Below the pieces are notes generated by a model. The model was not told the DNA's origin, searched no databases, and was given only the letters and a program-made list of their open reading frames with translations. A DNA stretch of 59,208 nt, counting the filler, from Fonticula-like sp. SCN 57-25 (taxonomy: Eukaryota): NCBI GenBank assembly GCA_001724245.1. It is 6 parts of 6 records of this genome, joined end to end, with 100 filler letters (N's around TTAATTAATTAA, not from the genome) between each part and the next. Parts side by side here need not be neighbours in the genome. Positions count along the whole stretch, not along the records: positions 37,958 to 47,082 come from MEDX01000271.1; positions 47,183 to 59,208 come from MEDX01000272.1; 4 more parts are not named here. One strand, 5' to 3'. Both the position numbers and the translations under genes were made by a program. Shown piece by piece: positions 44,232-55,802 of the stretch; position 1 is the stretch's first letter, and each line of letters opens with the position of its first letter.

Positions 44232-47082
44232 ATGGGCGATCGGTCGTCGTGGTTATTCAATGAGGGCGGCGGCGGTGGAGGCGGACCACCGTCCGCGCCT
44301 CGTCCTCTGCCTCCTTCATCTCTTTCTTCTGCCGCTGTACCACCCCCTTTCACTCTTCCTTCGCCCGAGCAGGCTGCCTACCTCGCATCCCTGATGCCGA
44401 CGGACCCCCGCCGGGATCCCCGCATGGCGAGCAGCGGCGCCGGCGCCGCGCGCGGAGCCGACGCGCCCGTTGACCCCCGTCATGATCCCCGCATTGCCGC
44501 GGCAGCAGCGGCGGCGGCAGCGGCGACTATTGCGGCGGCGGGATCCCACGGCGTTGCATCGAGTGGGTTCCTCTTTGGTGTTGGCGGGCCGACACCAACA
44601 GGCACTATGGACTACTCTACTGCTGCTACCGCCGCTGCCGCTGCTGCTGCCGCCGCCGCCGCCGCCGCCATTGATGACGATTCAATTGGTGGCGGCGCGA
44701 GGGGAGATGCGGGGTACGGCCGGGACCGCGACGCACCGCGGAGAGGCAGCGGATCAACCTCGCAGGAAAAGGAGCGTCGTCCCTCCGAGTCGGACAGACA
44801 CGTCCACCGTCCACGTGGTCAGTATGACTCTCCACGTGGCCGTGATGACCTCCCACGTGGACGCGATGACGCCCGCGATTCTCATTCACGTGGACGCGAC
44901 GGCCCCTGGTCGCGCGACGCCGATAGATACTCACCTTCGTCATCACGCGAGCCCCGTGGATCATCCCCACCACGTGGCCGTCAACATGATTCTCGCGGGA
45001 AGCCGCGGGAGCGCTCCCTCTCGCCGCCGCGCCGCCCAAGCACACCCTCTGAATCTGGATCCACAACCGACCGATCCGGATCTGACAAGAAGCGCGCCGC
45101 TGACGCTCCCTTGTCGCACGTTTCGCCTCCTCTGAAGCGGATGTCGTCGGGCGGCGTGAACGCTGTGCGAACTGCGCCGCCGCCGGTGGTGCGGGATTCG
45201 GTGGCGGTGGCGACGGCGGAAAGGAAGTCGCCGGCGCCGCTGTCGGGGATGCCAAAGATACCGACGCTCAAGACGCCGTCTGCAAAGTCACCAGTGTCAT
45301 CAAGTACGACCACTACGTCAAGTTCATCAAAGACACCATCATCAAGTGAGCCAAAGACATTGACACCGACGTCGTCAAGTGCACCAAAGTCATCGACACC
45401 GACGTCATCGAGTGCATCAAAGACACCAACTGGATCAAGTGTACCAAAGACACCAACGACGGTATCAAGTGAGAAGACGCTGGCGTCATCTGTATCAAAG
45501 TCGACATCAGGAGGTGAATCAAAGACGCCAACGTCATCAAGTGTGACAAAGACATCAAGTGCGTCCCCGGCGACGTCAAGTGTGACAAAGCCATCGCCTT
45601 CAAGTACGTCAAAGGCGCCGACGGCGTCAGTGCCAATTACAACGCCAAAGCCAATCACTGCGCCGGCAAAGGCGCCTTCATCGGCTCCGATCACTGTTAC
45701 CAAGCCCAAGCCAACGACACCCGCTGAACCCAAACCTTCTACGCCAATTACGTCATCAAATGCTCAATCTACGTCATCGGTCACGCTGCCAACGCCGCCG
45801 ACGCCACGAGTGGTCAACGTCGACCACGCATCATCATCTTCATCGACGCCATCATTGACATCATCACCGTCGTCAGCAATGACGTCATCGTCTAATTTGA
45901 ACAGGAAGACGGTCGAGCAGCAGCTCTTGGACGACCGCGCGACGCGCCTCTTTATGGAGCGCCTGCACGACAAACTGGCGGCGCATCCGTCGGTCAAGAG
46001 TGGTGACGTTGGCGGCGTCGACGAGTATGGGACGATCGTGTTGCGCGACGCGGTAAAGTGGTGGCCGCCGTGGCGGTACGCCGACAAGCACTCGATCAAC
46101 CTCGAGGACAAGGTCGTTCTAAAGTGCGCTTGCGGAACAGAAAATGGACTGTTTTAGTAATGGGATTGGATGGGAATTAATGAAATCAGGGATCAGATGT
46201 CTTTTGTTTGTTTGTTTGGCACTTTACGCTTTCATTGTCGCTGCTTTTCCACTTGTTCTCACATCACGTGTTCCAGACCTGCGCCCGACTTTGCTCGCTT
46301 GGCGCGCAAGGCCAAGAACAGCGTGAGCATCACGCTGACCGACTACTTGTCCAGCGTCGATGCCCTCATCAAGCGCGTCCTCTTCCTATGGGCGCCCTGG
46401 ACGGAGCAGCACGTGGCCGCTGTGGTGCGTTTTCATTGCCCCACGCCCACCAAACATTTGCTAACCTACTGCCGACTCGTCCAATAGGAATTCCGCAATG
46501 CCTTTAAAGAGTCGCTTTTCGCGCCCGATGTGCCCGCCCACGTGGTCCAATTTGTAGCTGACGCGCATCTCCGCGAGGAGGCGATCGCGCCAATGGCCAT
46601 GCCGCGCCGCCGCGCCATCAAGCAGCGCTTCACGACGTCATCAGAGTGCGCCCACGTGGCACTTATATTGCCGCTGACGTGTCGCGCGCCAAAAATAGGT
46701 TTGAGATGATGCGGACACGGCTGGAAGGGATCGCGTCGGCTTACGGCGACCAATCACGTGTCTTCTTCAAGTACCTGACGATCTCGCTGATCGCGAGCGA
46801 CAGTCAGCGCAACTTTTTGCGGCGTGTCAGCGTTGAGGCGGTGCCGCTCTACGGCCAAGTCATCAAGGAGCCGTCATCTCTCATGGTACGTGGCCACGTG
46901 GTGAAGTGTTGTGCACTATGGCACTATTGATATTCTATCTGTCCATGTATGCCCCTTACTGACACGTGATTGGTTTGCAGGACTTGGCTGCGCTTGTCGA
47001 CGCGTCCGGCCCGTTTGATGTTGTCCAATTCGCGACCGAGTTTTACCTTATTATAGAAAACTGCTTTTACTTTAATGCTATG
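44232..47082 (+). CDS. Large low-complexity protein with C-terminal bromodomain, truncated by contig end
   Basis: DPRRDPR motifs, R/S/D-rich and S/T/P-rich tracts, then spliced exons ending NFLRRVSVEAVPLYGQVIKEP..FATEFYLIIENCFYFN (bromodomain-like). Confidence 0.65.
45296..45610 (+). repeat. Degenerate coding repeat (tcatcaagt...aagacacc) encoding SSS..KTPT units
   Basis: More than ten (a)tcaagt units at roughly 30-nt spacing. Confidence 0.65.
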
Positions 47083-47182
47083 NNNNNNNNNNNNNNNNNN
47101 NNNNNNNNNNNNNNNNNNNNNNNNNNTTAATTAATTAANNNNNNNNNNNNNNNNNNNNNNNNNNNNNNNNNNNNNNNNNNNN
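47083..47182. other. Artificial contig linker
   Basis: 44N-TTAATTAATTAA-44N. Confidence 0.98.
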
Positions 47183-48271
47183 ACCTACAACCTCAACAAA
47201 ACCGTCATGAACCTCGTCGAGGAATACCAAACAATCCCGGAATTCCCAGGAAACGTCTATTTCGATACTGGTTCATATCATCGTGCCGTCGATGACGATC
47301 TTTTTACCGCGTGGCGCCCTTTTCACCCCCTATCACCTGGTGACTATTTTGGGCTCGACCTTTTATATGTGAGGGCGCACGCGAGGATTTCATTGGTGTG
47401 CAGCCAGCCAATCGAAATGTTTTATATAGAGACAAGTGTCGGTGGTCACAAGTGGTCACGTGCTCTCTATACTGTTCATCAATTACTCACCCTAACACCG
47501 GGGATTTCGCTGTATGAGCTGCAGCTGCCCACGTCATCAGTTTTCCGCTTTGTCCGCTTCGTGGCGGGGCCGAGATTTGGCGGGAAAGCGATAAGGGCGG
47601 ATGTGTATGACGTCAGAGAAGGCTGGTTTCTGATTGGCTCAGTGCCGGTTTTCGGTGTCAGCGTTTACTCGGGGGCGTTCTTGGAAAGAAGGCCGGAAGG
47701 CGAAGAATATGCGACATTGGAAAGATGGCGCGCAAATGTCGTCGAACTTATGAGGTCAAATCCTGTCCACGTGGTCGGTGATAATTCTGTCCACGTGGCC
47801 GGTGAGCGTGTTGGTGGCGGGAAAGCGGAAGAGGCCATGTCGCTTTCGCCGCTCGCTCTGACCACGTGGACGGTCGATCAGAATGTGCTGCACGTGTACA
47901 GCGCAAATGGCGGGAAATTCTCTTTGCTTGGAAGCATGACGATTGGTCAGAAAACGGCCGCGCCACTTTTGGTCACGTGCCGCTTATCTTCCGATGCGCG
48001 CCAAGTGTCCAATCACAACGAAGCGGGTTTATTCATCATCATTGACGTCATGCTTCAGGATGGCACGTGGATTCACGGGGCTCAGGTGATCGTGTTCTCT
48101 TCTGGCACGCATGGCCCTGAGCTGCAATTGGTCAGGTTGACGTATCAGATGCCGGTGCAGTTGATCGTGTTTTCTATTAATGTGTTGCATCATCATGGTA
48201 TGGTTGTTATCGATGATATCGCGGTGTCGGAGCAGGTGGTTGTTGATGATAGGGAAAATGATAGGAAATAG
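47183..48271 (+). CDS. C-terminal part of a paralog of the adjacent glycosyltransferase-like gene; two putative carbohydrate-binding beta-sandwich domains
   Basis: YHRAVDDDLFTAW...GDYFGLDLL and FRFVRFVA shared with the 49050-51288 gene; terminal DGTWIHGAQ..FSSGTHG...VIDDIAV CBM-like segment; 5' end lost at contig start. Confidence 0.6.
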   Translation, partial: TYNLNKTVMNLVEEYQTIPEFPGNVYFDTGSYHRAVDDDLFTAWRPFHPLSPGDYFGLDLLYVRAHARISLVCSQPIEMFYIETSVGGHKWSRALYTVHQLLTLTPGISLYELQLPTSSVFRFVRFVAGPRFGGKAIRADVYDVREGWFLIGSVPVFGVSVYSGAFLERRPEGEEYATLERWRANVVELMRSNPVHVVGDNSVHVAGERVGGGKAEEAMSLSPLALTTWTVDQNVLHVYSANGGKFSLLGSMTIGQKTAAPLLVTCRLSSDARQVSNHNEAGLFIIIDVMLQDGTWIHGAQVIVFSSGTHGPELQLVRLTYQMPVQLIVFSINVLHHHGMVVIDDIAVSEQVVVDDRENDRK

Positions 48272-48639
48272 GAGATAAAAGGGAAAGTGGTGGTGCAATA
48301 TGTGCATTGTTATATAGAAATTTTGTCGGAATTTGATATGGTTTTTATTGTTTTTATTGTTTTTTTACTTTTTTTCTTACTTGTTTTTTACTTGTTTTTT
48401 ACTTGTTTTTCACTTTTTCATATTTGTTTTTCTTATCATTTTCGTGGAATACTTCCACTTTGTTTGTTCAACTATCGCATTGATTACTGTTATCTAAAGT
48501 GGCATGCTGACCGATCGTCGCTCACGTGATCGCCACTCAAGGTAGTACTGCACTTTTTTTTCTATAAACAATCACTCATATTTGAAAGTTGTTTCTTTGC
48601 TTGGCGCTCTCTTTGTGTCCTTAATAAAGCAAGTAAATT

Positions 48640-48850
48640 GATATTGACCCTATTGACTTTAGATACAGTATTGACCATAATAACTTTGATATTGACCATA
48701 TCGTCTCATAGAGTATTGAAACACATATCCATATCAGATATTACAGTATCAAATACTGTAATGTACTTGGATTGACCATCATATCTGCATCATATAGATA
48801 CATATCAGATATCTAATATATGACCATCATATTGACCATCATATAGATAT
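48640..48850. repeat. Degenerate ATTGACCAT(CATAT) repeat in AT-rich intergenic region
   Basis: attgacc(a) units at ~48643, 48670, 48691, 48771, 48832 and related variants. Confidence 0.6.
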
Positions 48851-49049
48851 TCATTGTTGACACAATGATGAAATTCTCTTTTTTGTTGACACATTCACTT
48901 TGAAAATACTTCTTTGATATCATGGACAAACATGCCAAAATATAATCAATTTTGTTCTAAATTGATCTAAAACACTCATTTCTGGTCCAAATTGTATTCT
49001 TTTTTCATCCAAATATCATTTTATTCTCCTTTTCTCTTCCTTACAATAG

Positions 49050-51288
49050 CTAATATGCCACTCTTCTCGCCGCACTCGCACACCTCCCCACACTCACCCC
49101 CCCCACCCTAAACCTCTCCTCTGCCATTCCACTCTCCGCCACAAACCTCACATACCTAAACACACATTCCTTCACATTCCCAACCAACACATATTCATAT
49201 TTATACCCACTCATACCATTTATACCATTCTTGGAATACCCACTTTTAGTATCAAGTTGCCATGTGCACCGTGACTCATCCCAGAAATCATTCTCATCGC
49301 GCACTTGAACACGCAACTTTTCCTGGAATTCATGATAGACGGTCACGTGCAATGACGTACATGCGTCAGCATTCAAAATATCAAGGCCGAAAAAGTCGCC
49401 TTGGCGGATACCGACAGAAGATTCCCAGTAGGTGGATGGGTCAGGGTCTACGGCCATGTGGTAGGGGTGGGCGAGGAAGGGCGTGCGATCGTAGAGGAGT
49501 GAGGCACGTGACTCGACGACGGTGATGTTGTCGCCGCGGTGGTAGAGGAAGGAGGAGGGGGAGGGGAAGTTGCTGGGGTTGGTCAAGAAAAGACACGTGT
49601 CGTCATGGCAGGGGGCACTATTGAAAAGGTATGAGGGTTAGGAAAAGTGGCATAAAAAGATATGAAAAGAAAGGACAAACATAAAAAGTGGCATGAAAAG
49701 GTATGAAAAGTATCATAAAAAGGTATGAAAAGGTATGAAAAGTGGCATAAAAGAGTTCATAAAGAGTGTCATAAAAAGTGTCATAAAAAGTGTCATGGCA
49801 TAAAAAGTGACATGAAAAGTGTCATAAAAAGGTATGAAAAGTGGCATGAAAAGGTACGAAAAGTGACATAAAAAGGTATAAAAAGTCATAAAAAGGTATG
49901 AAAAGTGGCATAAAAAGATATGAGGGACAAACATAAAAAGGTATGAAAAGTGTCATAAAGAGTGTCATGAAAAGTGCCTTGGCATAAAAAGTGGCATGAA
50001 AAGTGTCATAAAAAGGGTCATGGCATGAGAAGAGGCATGAAAAGTGTCATATAAAGGTATAAAAAGTGTCATAAAAAGTGTCATAACAAACTACCATACA
50101 AACTACCATAAAAACGTTGTTCCCAGCGAGGCGTGTGGTGCGCGACGGGAAAGAGCGGGTCATTTGCCTTGAGGCGGTCGTACAAAATGCGCGCGCCGGC
50201 AGTCTATAAAAACGCACAAAAAGGCACAAAAAAGCGCGCCAAATCACATTTTAGACTCATTTTTGCACATTTTTGCTTTAAAAATGCGTCAAAAACGTAC
50301 CATGTGATGCATATTGCGTGCAATTCCGCCTTGTTCGCTACTAAACCCGAACCGCTCCTCTAGCTCGACGAGCGTCGTCTCGAGCTGGTACGGCACCTGG
50401 TTCATCCAGGTGGCAAAGTACATGTCGGCGAGCAGCGCATCCGTCTCGTTCAGGTAGCGCAGCTGCTCCATGAAGCGCACGACGGCGGCCTTGTCGACAA
50501 TGGCGCCGGTGCCGAGCCACGAAAAGCCCGAGTGCATATTCACGGCTGCAGGCGCGCAACAAAAAAACACGTCAGCGGCGGCGACCGCGGATCTGATCGG
50601 CAGAATCTGATCGTACCGGGTTCGAAAAATGACCATGCCCATGTCAGGTAGTGCACAAACTCGTTCGTGATGGTGTGCAGGAGATGCGGGCTGCGGAGAA
50701 AGCTAGAGTACATGGAGCGCAGCCAGTCGTTGCGCCAATCGTCATCCTGAAAGTAGCAGTAGTCGCCGGCGGACATGAGGCATGCGGTGTAGCGCGCGAC
50801 AAAGTACTTGTTTTCCTTGGAGTTGATGATGCGCATCGGGATCGGGAGCGGCGCGGCAAAATCCTGTGCGGGAAAGGAAAGAAAAGATCAGCGAGCGCGC
50901 TAAAGATCGCCAAGGCGTACGGATTCGGTTAGGGCGCGATCTACGTTGTTGTTCCAGACGACCATGTCGACAGTGAAATCAGAGTAGCGCTGGACAGACT
51001 CGACCACTTTCTGAAGCGAGTCCACGCGAATGTAGCCGAGCAGAATAATAGAAAGCCTATTTTTGCGGCAAAATGCGCACGCAGGTATCAGTCAATGCCG
51101 GCTCGCGCGCGTCAGTTGGCGATCGCGTACTTTTTTGGAAGACGAATGTTGCGCTTTCCAAATTCATTCTCACTTGATTCGCCCGAGCGAACAGCCGAAA
51201 TAATAAAATACTGCAAGACAAGGATAGCCAAAATTGCAAAGCACAGCCGCTGCGTGCGGTTGAGCCGCGTGAGGCCCCGGGCTAGCAT
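49050..51288 (-). CDS. Type II membrane glycosyltransferase-like protein (GT-A fold) with C-terminal discoidin/CBM-like domain, multi-exon
   Basis: N-terminal signal anchor (RLCFAILAILVLQYFII), LSIILLGY, VVWNNN, CYFQDDDW (DxD), FSWLGTGA, LADMYF; C-terminal YHMAVDPDPSTYW..GDFFGLD. Confidence 0.7.
49620..50112. repeat. ~490-bp degenerate minisatellite (AAAAGTGKCAT / AAAAGGTATG, 10-11 nt) forming an intron
   Basis: Dozens of aaaagtg(g/t)cat and aaaaggtatg units in tandem. Confidence 0.9.
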
Positions 51289-51851
51289 GGTGGAATGTCA
51301 AGCTGTCAACCTGAAATGCCCCTCAAGTTTTTGTTACGATCCGCCACATGGCCAACCAGCGAGGGTTTCGATCACGTTCTTTTCCTGCCTTTTCTGTGCG
51401 CAAAGCGGCTAATGTATGCAATAAAAGCAGATAAACAGCTGAAAAAGAAGGCTGGCACCACAAAAGTTCAATAAAAGCATACATTCGCCCATTGTTACAA
51501 ATAATGCTAATACTACCTTCTAGACAGGTACGCGCGCGAATTGGTCGTTCTCGTCCTAAAACAACCAAAGCGGAATAGAAACACAGTAAATATCCATATG
51601 AAACATATATGTAACTCAAATCAAAACTAGGAATATATAAAGCTCAGCTTGCCAGACACAAACACGTCCCTTTCAACAATTCTATGCGAAAAAGTCAACG
51701 ACGAACGTGCGTACGATATCAATAACAACAACAATGAGAACGATAATGAGAACGATAATATCCAACTCAAAAATACATATAAATCCGTCTTTCGCGCGCA
51801 TATTCCTGCCACACTTTCTTCTTCACTTTCTTCCACCCTTTCCCGCCACAT

Positions 51852-52804
51852 TTACCCTGTCTTTGCCAACGGAATGCCGCTATTCCTGAACGCCGCCTGC
51901 GCCGCGCCCTGCTGCTGCGCCGCCACCGCCCCGAAATACGCCGCCGCGAGCTGCCGCTCCGCCCCGTTGAACGCCCCCCTCGACGCCATCACCTGGAATG
52001 TCTGGTCCTGCATGAGCGCGCCCGCCGCCCGCGTGCACTCGCGGTCCTTGGCGGCCTGCTGCGCGAGCATCCGGTACTCGACCTGCTGCGCGGCCGCGCG
52101 CTCCTCGAGCGACAGCGCATAGTCAATCCATAGGCTGCACGAGTTGTACATTTCTTGGAGCTGCGCGCGAAGGATTGTCTTGTCTTGCTCGTCGGCGGCG
52201 CTCCGCAGCTCTGAAGAGCCGAGCATTTCTTCTTGGGAGCGCTCGCGCTTGAGCTGCGTCGTGCTCTTGGCCTTGCGCGATATCAAGGCCATGAGCTCGG
52301 GGCGGTTGCGCACAAAGTTGGGGTGCTCGAATTCCCAGCGGCGCTCGCCGTCCTGCTGGCGCGCGACAGTTAAGCGAGAGGTAAAAGGAGAGGAAAAGGA
52401 AAAAAGGGGGGCGCACGTGGACGGCGGTCATGTCGGCCACCTTGCGGAAGCCGTACATGTTTAGCTGGCGCACAAAGCTCGAAAAGTTGTTGTGCTTGTA
52501 GTAGCGCGGGAGGACCTGGGAGGAAAATTGGACGGGGTTGGTCACTTCGAACCGCGACGAGTGCGCGTCGACCCATTTTAGTAGAGGGCACTTGTCGTGC
52601 TGGATGATCCTTTATGGGGTGACAAACGCGTTAAAAAGGTGCTTTATATAACAAAAATAAAGCGCACTGATAGAGCTTTGCCAGAAAGGCCGATACGGGG
52701 CGATCCGTGACGATGCCGATGCCGTTGTGCGTCGGCGACCCGCCGTGATCGCTCATTGGCGACGAGAGCGAGTCGACAGAGTCGCCGAGGCCGGGAAAGT
52801 CCAT
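51852..52804 (-). CDS. HSF-type DNA-binding domain transcription factor
   Basis: [50 protein letters not shown]; following coiled coil; 3' end uncertain. Confidence 0.88.
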
Positions 52805-53522
52805 CTGGAGCGGCGGCGGGCGCACAACGTGACCCGCGCTGCTGCTTGCCCCCCCGCTGGCGTGGGGATCACCGACAAGCTGCTCTTCAAAAAAGATGCC
52901 GCCCGCGGCGAGCGCATCGGCGGGGGCCGCGGCGGATGCTGCAAAGAGGGGCGACGCGCAAAATTAAGCACTCGCGCGGCGGATAGCGCTTCAGCGGCGC
53001 ACCTGGCGTCGACCGGCCGATAGAATCCTCGAGCACGTACCACGGCCCCGCTAGCCCGTCGCCTGCAAAGTTTGCCCCCATCCTCCCCGGCGGCTCGCTC
53101 TTGATTGGCGATGCCGTTCCCGCCATATTGTATGATATATATCACTGTCGCACTCACTTTCCTGTCTCCGCCTCCTCGCTCAGGCCTTGCTCTGCACCCA
53201 GTCTGCGCGCTGCACTTTCACCTGACTTGCCACCCCAATTATCAACGTGAAAAACACTGGGGGCCTCTAGGGGGGCGCTGAGCACTGTATCAAACAATTA
53301 TGGCAGGTGGGAAGGTCGCCCCTGAAAGGATCCGATCTATATCACAAATCGACTAAATAGGCTTGGCTTTTCCTATAAAGGAAATGTTTGTGCTGTAAAA
53401 GGAAATATTTTACACACGGTTGTCACAGGGCTGTGGCTCCTTCTGGCTAAGAATCAGCCCCCGAATCGTACCCTGAAGGTTGGTGTTTGGTTCTGGTGCC
53501 GAGCGACCGCGGCGGGCCTGGC

Positions 53523-54761
53523 ATGGACCATCTTTGCGGCATCGCGCTCCTGGAAAAGGACAAGTACGACGATGTGCTTCAGGTACGCGTGCCGCTTTAA
53601 ATTCCGACGCGGCGCTGACGCGATTTGGCCGCAGACGTGGGTGTACCCGTCGCTGCCGGCTGGCGTGAGCGAGCTGCTGCCGAGCAAGAGCGGCCTCTTG
53701 GACAAGATGGTCGCCTCCCAGTTCCGCTACACGCGCTTCCGCGATCACTGGGTGTACATTATCACCTCGCCGTGCTCGTCGGGTGGCCTGCCGGACGTGC
53801 GCGGCCTCTCGGTAGCGGTGGCCGCCAAGGTGTTCAACCCGGAAAAGTACGAGGCGCTCCTCGGCCAGATCTCGACGCTGTATGCCGCCAGCGGATCCAC
53901 GGCGAACGTTCTCCAGGCGTACCTCACGGTGCTCACAAAGGAGTCGTTCACGTTCCCCAACGGCACCGCCTTTGATCTCGCCAAGTACGATGACCGCCGC
54001 GCCATGCTGCAGGGCCCGCTCAAGGAGGTCATCTCGACATTCGGCCTCGAGTCGATCCTCCTCGTCACCGCCGTGCTTCTCAAGAAGCGCGTCATGATGT
54101 ACTCTGCTCGCCAGGACACCATTTTGAAATTCGTCCGCGTGATGCCCATGTTTGCCGCGCACCGCCAGAACTGGTCGATCCTCAGGCCCGACGTCAGCTT
54201 TACAGAGGTCGAGGTCGCCGAGCTCAACGCCGCGGCCGTGTACGTCGCCGGCACGACCGACGTCAGCGCCAGGTCGCACGAGGAGCTTTTCGACCTCTTT
54301 GTCGACAGTGCGCCCCTTTTTTTTGCTTTTTTTCTTTGCTGACACTTTTTCGCGCCAGTCGACGACCGGTCCGTGTCCATCGCGACGCACGCCAAGAGTA
54401 CGCACTTTTCGCCGCTTTTTTTATGGGATTGCAGCTCACCACGTGTGCTTTTTAGATGACTTTATGATGGGCAAGCCCCACAAAGACCTCGCGCAGTTCC
54501 TCGTGGCCGCCGTCGAGGACGCCGAAAAGACGGACGCGCAGGTCGCAAAGGTGCGCCGATCGCGCTGCTTTTTTTTTTCTGACGCAGTTTTTGTAGGCGC
54601 TGGCGCAGCGCATTCAGCAGCTCTTGCAACAGCTGCAGCTGCTCATACCAGAGGGCAAGCCGCTGCTGAGCGTGGAGGACGTGCGCGCCAAGGAAATGCC
54701 GGTCGCCCTGCAGCGGTTCATGTGGAACCTGGCCGTCGCAGAGAACCTTGCAGAGATCTAG
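53523..54761 (+). CDS. DENND10: DENN domain protein DENND10/FAM45A, multi-exon
   Basis: LEKDKYDDVLQ|TWVYPS, AKVFNPEKY, FGLESILLVTAVLLKKRV, LFDLFVD, FMMGKPHKDLA, RFMWNLAVAE. Confidence 0.88.
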
Positions 54762-54896
54762 GGCGGCGCAGCAAAGTGTTTTGTTCATTTACTTTTAAAC
54801 ATATTCACGGTTGAGAATGAATATAATAGAGAATACTTTTTCGGCCTGATTTATTGCTAAAAACACTCTAAACACAAGGCGGGGATCGCCAGCTGC

Positions 54897-55403
54897 CTAA
54901 TAGTCGTCGGCGGTGCGGTTGATGTTGTACTTTGCGTTCATTTCGTCGCGCGTGCTGGACCACTTGCCCGACTCCTTGGGCGTCTGCTCGTCAAAGAGGC
55001 GGTTGTAGTCGTCGAGGAGCGTCTGCTTCTTGCGCTGGTTGCGCTTGTGGCAGCAGTACCAGATCCAGCACGTCATGCACAAAAGAAGGCCGAGGCCGAC
55101 GCCGAGAACGACCCACATGACCGTCTGGCCCGACACTACGCATTACAAAGTGAATAAAGAGTAAAAATGAAGAAAAATGTGCGTACGCTTGCACTGCCCA
55201 GACTGCCATGAGGTACACGTCTCTTGATCCGCGGGGCCAATAACGGTGCCCTCGGCGCACGTTCCCTGATCGCCGCACCAAACGCACGAATCAATCTTCT
55301 GGGCGCAAGTTTCACAGTCCGAGTACTGCGAGCACAAATCCTGGGCGCTCGCAATTGCCAGCAGCACGGCGAGCGCGGCCACCTTTAGAAAAGACGCGGC
55401 CAT
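54897..55403 (-). CDS. PTTG1IP: PTTG1IP-like PSI-domain single-pass membrane protein
   Basis: Signal peptide, CSQYSDCETC..CVWC..C..C..W..GQC PSI domain, TM helix ending CC, tail RDEMNAKY; one intron. Confidence 0.75.
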
Positions 55404-55802
55404 CTCGATCACAGAGGTGGTGTTGGTCAACGAAACACACTACGGCCACGTGGTGGGGATGACATCGCATTCTATTTTTGATGAGTCAGCATGTCGGAGG
55501 CGGCGGCGGCAGCGCGGCCCCGGGGGCGCTGAGCTCGTGTGTCGGGCCCTTTTCGCCAGAGGAGACGGGCGGTGAGTGAGGCATTCATGGCGTCTTTATT
55601 AGCCTGTACAAGGGCATGTCAAAGGTGACATAACACAGGATCCTGCCTGGCGGCCCCTCCCGGCTCGCGCCCCCTCAAAGCAGCAACCCCTTGCAGGGCG
55701 GACATTTGAGAGAGGGAAGGAGACGATGACCAGCAGTTCAAGTCATCGAGCTCCTTGATATATTGGAGGCAACCTGAAACGCGGGTTTGTTTTGTTTCAG
55801 CC

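Noticed and set aside
49620-50112. Repeat array as a possible CRISPR or telomeric array
   Set aside because: Units are 10-11 nt, degenerate, with no unique spacers and no cas genes; it lies within a spliceosomal intron
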